DNA of 62,939 nt, counting the filler, from Phoronis australis (taxonomy: Eukaryota; Animalia; Phoronida), in the NCBI GenBank assembly GCA_002633005.1. It is 7 parts of 7 records of this genome, joined end to end, with 100 filler letters (N's around TTAATTAATTAA, not from the genome) between each part and the next. Parts side by side here need not be neighbours in the genome. Positions count along the whole stretch, not along the records: positions 59,457 to 62,939 come from NMRA01002992.1; 6 more parts are not named here. One strand, given 5' to 3'. A program made the position numbers and the translations under genes. Within the stretch, counting starts at the first letter, position 1. Every line of letters starts with the position of its first letter. Positions 59,457 through 62,939 of this stretch are shown here, one piece after another. The notes under the pieces are model-generated. The model ran no database searches, was not told the DNA's origin, and worked only from the letters and a program-made list of their open reading frames with translations.

Positions 59457-59930
59457 CGGAAAATCATTGTCAACTGTCCTCTTCATAGTAAGAACACACA
59501 TGCCAATTTTCCCAATCATCCTTAGAGTGGTTCTATTAATGGAGGGACGGACGCCAAAAACAGACTCGAAAACAGTAAAAATGGACACTAGGTGACGCAA
59601 AATACCTCGAATCCATCAGAAAACGGTAGGATACCATCACCTCATTAATAGACGCCTATGTGCCAAATTTCCTGAAAATCGGTTGAGGACCTTTGAAGAT
59701 ACAGAGGCAAACGTAAAAAACTAAAATTGCCACTAGGGGGCACAGCGGTTTTCGGGTCGATCCGAAACTCTTTGCCCTCTGTCATCAACCCCATTGGAAT
59801 ACACCTGCCAAATTTCAATAAGATCCTGCAAGAAGTTTAGGAGATACAGTCGCGGACGCCAGACGCCCGGACGCCCAGACAGAGATGACGGCAATATGCA
59901 CTCACATATAAATATGTGGGCGCATAAAAA
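59457..59930 (-). mobile_element. HINE/DINE-1-like element, partial third copy
   Basis: Ends ...gacggcaatatgcactcacatataaatatgtgggcgcataaaaa; homologous to 33649-34376 and 39242-40146. Confidence 0.6.
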
Positions 59931-62900
59931 GTAAAAGATCAGTACATGCACGTGCTTCCCTTGATCATTAACTCCGAGGTGCCTGACATTTTGAAAGGAA
60001 GGTCAGTAATGGATTTTCTACCTCCGCGAGAGATTAAACTTCTGTCCGCGATAGGCCTATCAAAGGGAAGACATGGTTTTTAAGTCAGAAAATAGTACGC
60101 ACTTATGATGACTGTAAGTTTAGACAGATTTCTAAAAGTTGATAGCTGTGACCCAAATTTATGTTGTACTTTTGTGATTTTAAAATGAATCACTATTTTC
60201 GACGTTGTCTGTAGGCCTTCACTAAAATTCAAGCAATAACTTGACCCGGTAAAAGCGCTTATTACTCCGCTTAATTTGGCTTAGCTCCGTCAGTAGTCTT
60301 AGGATTGAGACTCCTGAAGATGGCGGTTCGACTTCGCGTTGAGAAGATCACTTTTCTAGACGATAATGTCATTTTAGTTTAAGCGCAACAGGTAGACGCG
60401 TCTTTTGTGGCTTCATCGTAGCCCACTTTTCGTGTGAGACAGTAGGATTGATGTCATATCTGTTTGCTAAGGAGGTGGACGCCCCAGAGTGCATACCAAG
60501 ATTAGCCGCATTGTCAAGTTTGTGGAACATTTTAAGGACGTCCTCAACGGCTCTAGAGCACATAAACTGAACGTAACTTTGTTTGCGGATAGCAGTCCAC
60601 CGAATTAAACAGCACGGTGCGACTTTAACTGAGAACAAAACTGTTACTTGCTTTAGAAACAGGGTCTTAGTTGCTAGGACGATTAGCGCTGTGGTCCCGC
60701 CGCTATAAGATTGTTCGACATTCGTTTAAAAAAGAATCACTTCACAACTACTACCTTGAAGCTATTAAATGAAAATAAAATAAATCAAATGTTTATATAT
60801 TGACAATGTTTGTTAGGATAAAGTGAAATGCCTTTGAACTCACATTGCGCTCAACGATACATTTTTATTGATTTTTGTATGCCTTGATGCAATGAACAAG
60901 ATTATTGGTAAAATGTCCTTAATTTTTGCATTGAAAAAGGATAAACTGGATGACATTCACAATGTGTGGAGAGAAAAGAGCTATGTTACTTGATTTTACG
61001 ACATTCAAGAATAATTGAAAAAATAAAATATTAACGAAAATAGTTCAGCAGCTCAATCGACGAGTTTTATGACTAGGAAAGTGGCACCGAGGGCAAGGAA
61101 TAATGTGAGCGAGGAGGCTTGGTCCGTCCCTGAGCAAATGAATGTTTTCCCGATACGAGAAAGATGATCCGGGAAGGGTGAATATGCAACCTTGAGAGGA
61201 GAATAGTGTGCGCGGGAGAAGAATTGTACGCGCAAACGAGCCCGAGCTGCGCACTGGCAAGAAATCTAGTCGCTTTGATGTATTGTTCGTCTGTGTGTAT
61301 GGGCCATTTGAATGCTGGTTGGAATCGTTTCAGGTGGAATTTCAACATTAACTATTGATTATCGGCTATCCAGGTCTTGCGTTCATCTGGATTTTACAAG
61401 TGCTGTGGCGCACGCACGACTGACCCTCAACACAGCGGCGGGCTTTAAACGCCTCCAGCAGTACAAAACGATGCCCGGGTCCCTAGTTGACTAAACCCGC
61501 CTAACTGAAATCATTGATAGCTACTACTACCACTGTGTTGGTGGCTCTTGTGCTCTCTATGATGACAGATTATCAGCAACAGATAGAGGAAAATTTTATA
61601 TATATAGTCAAAAAATCTATTGGTCAGTATTTCTCATCTAAATCCATGACTAATTAAGAGGTTTTTAACTGTCATTGATAGGTTGAGCTTTTTAATGCTA
61701 AACATCACACATTTCCCGAAATCTTTATCTCACATTCCGTCACAAATTACCCGTAATCACAACTCTTGTTGACTTAACGCATTCCCGCATCTAAGGCTTT
61801 AAAGACTTATGATCGATATAAAATTGAAACAAACCAGTATTATATCTTATCAACGTACACTTCAGACGACAGATTAAGAAACAATAAAGGAGAAGTTTAT
61901 AGAGTGAGCGCTGTCAGTCTGACTTTTGAAGAAGTCAAGCTGCGACACATGGTGAGAGTGGGTAGGGGAACTGACCAGGTATTTTAATATGGAAATAAAA
62001 CGCCAATAAAAATAACCTGTTCTGGATAAATTGCATTTGATGTAACTCTAATTCAGGGTCAAATGAGCGTAAACGACAAATAACAAAACGTTTACATGCA
62101 CAAATAAAGAACTCAAAAAGTAGGAGTACCGTCTGTTTTAGCCCTGATGTTCAATGAACAAATGAACATAACCGCTAAATATATGTGTTAGGTGACAATT
62201 CTTAATAAGTTGGTGCATATCTTGTGAGTCGTTGTCCTCCACTTATAGAATAATCATCAAACGACTCAGGTTCACGGATTCAGAACATGACTTATGACAT
62301 GAAATAACGAAACAATTTACTTGAAGACAAAACATCTTTCAACAGCATGACCACGACAATGTCTGATTTGCATCCTCACTCATGGCTTTAGAAAAGGTGT
62401 GCCAAAAATATCACGTTCGACAGATTTGGTCAATCCATCTCCAAAAATTGGGCCGTTTAAGGTCAACGGCAGGTGGCCCTTCAATTATTTTTACTAGTAG
62501 TTATCATTACAAGACAAGAGAGCCAATTTCGTGATTTTGAGATCGTAAGAGCAAACGAAATGCACATTTAATTTTCTAAAATAAATCCAACTTCCTCAAC
62601 TATGGAATCAGTGCAAATCACCCATTTCGTGATTTTCATTTTTTGAAAACTATTTCCCTTCGCCATAAGGCAGAGAACCCTAATCAAGCATCTCCTACTG
62701 AACACCTATATGTGTAAACTATGTTCATCTTCTAAATTTCTTGGAAATTAGGAGAAAAACAGATTTGACGGTACACTCGAGTCACTAATATCTTTCCTCG
62801 TGACTGATAATGTTATTGTAACAACACGCTCCCCCCCAAAAAAAAAATCTCCCATTTTTACTCATAATGTCCACAAACCCAAAAATTCGAGACCCCTACA

Positions 62901-62939
62901 TCTCTACATTTTAGACTGGGCGCGCATGAGGCGAAATTC

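Noticed and set aside
60316-60610. AAGATGGCGG start followed by coding-looking sequence
   Set aside because: Multiple stops in every frame and no recognisable domain.
61078-61091. AAAGTGGCACCGAG, resembling the Cas9 sgRNA scaffold 3' hairpin
   Set aside because: Only 14 nt match and the complementary arm (TCGGTGC) is absent; chance similarity.

Overview
Eukaryotic genomic DNA, AT-rich and intron-rich, most likely from a marine invertebrate (inferred). It appears to be several assembly pieces joined by N44-TTAATTAATTAA-N44 linkers, so adjacency across a linker is not trustworthy. Recognisable content: (1) a minus-strand exon with the 'YxRWGRxxC...LVYxG' motif of short-chain collagen C4-like proteins; (2) six consecutive internal exons of DNA polymerase delta catalytic subunit (POLD1), with duplicated exon-intron junctions that create decoy splice sites; (3) internally deleted Kolobok-type transposons (THAP transposase plus KolX/P2X7-ballast-like gene); (4) an exon of TM9SF3; (5) a 26.7-kb piece (24863-51572) carrying an apparently intact gene that splices by hand into 23 exons and 916 aa. 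It fuses a Ginger2/KRBA2/SCAND3-type DDE integrase to a Ulp1/C48 SUMO-type protease and a PHD finger, and lies between two oppositely oriented arrays of a hairpin- and CRE-containing repeat; (6) a non-coding multi-exon snoRNA host gene with SNORD42-, SNORD74- (x2) and SNORD88-like C/D snoRNAs, some with a possible second guide; and (7) many MITEs and HINE/DINE-like repeats. All calls are by eye; no database searches were run.
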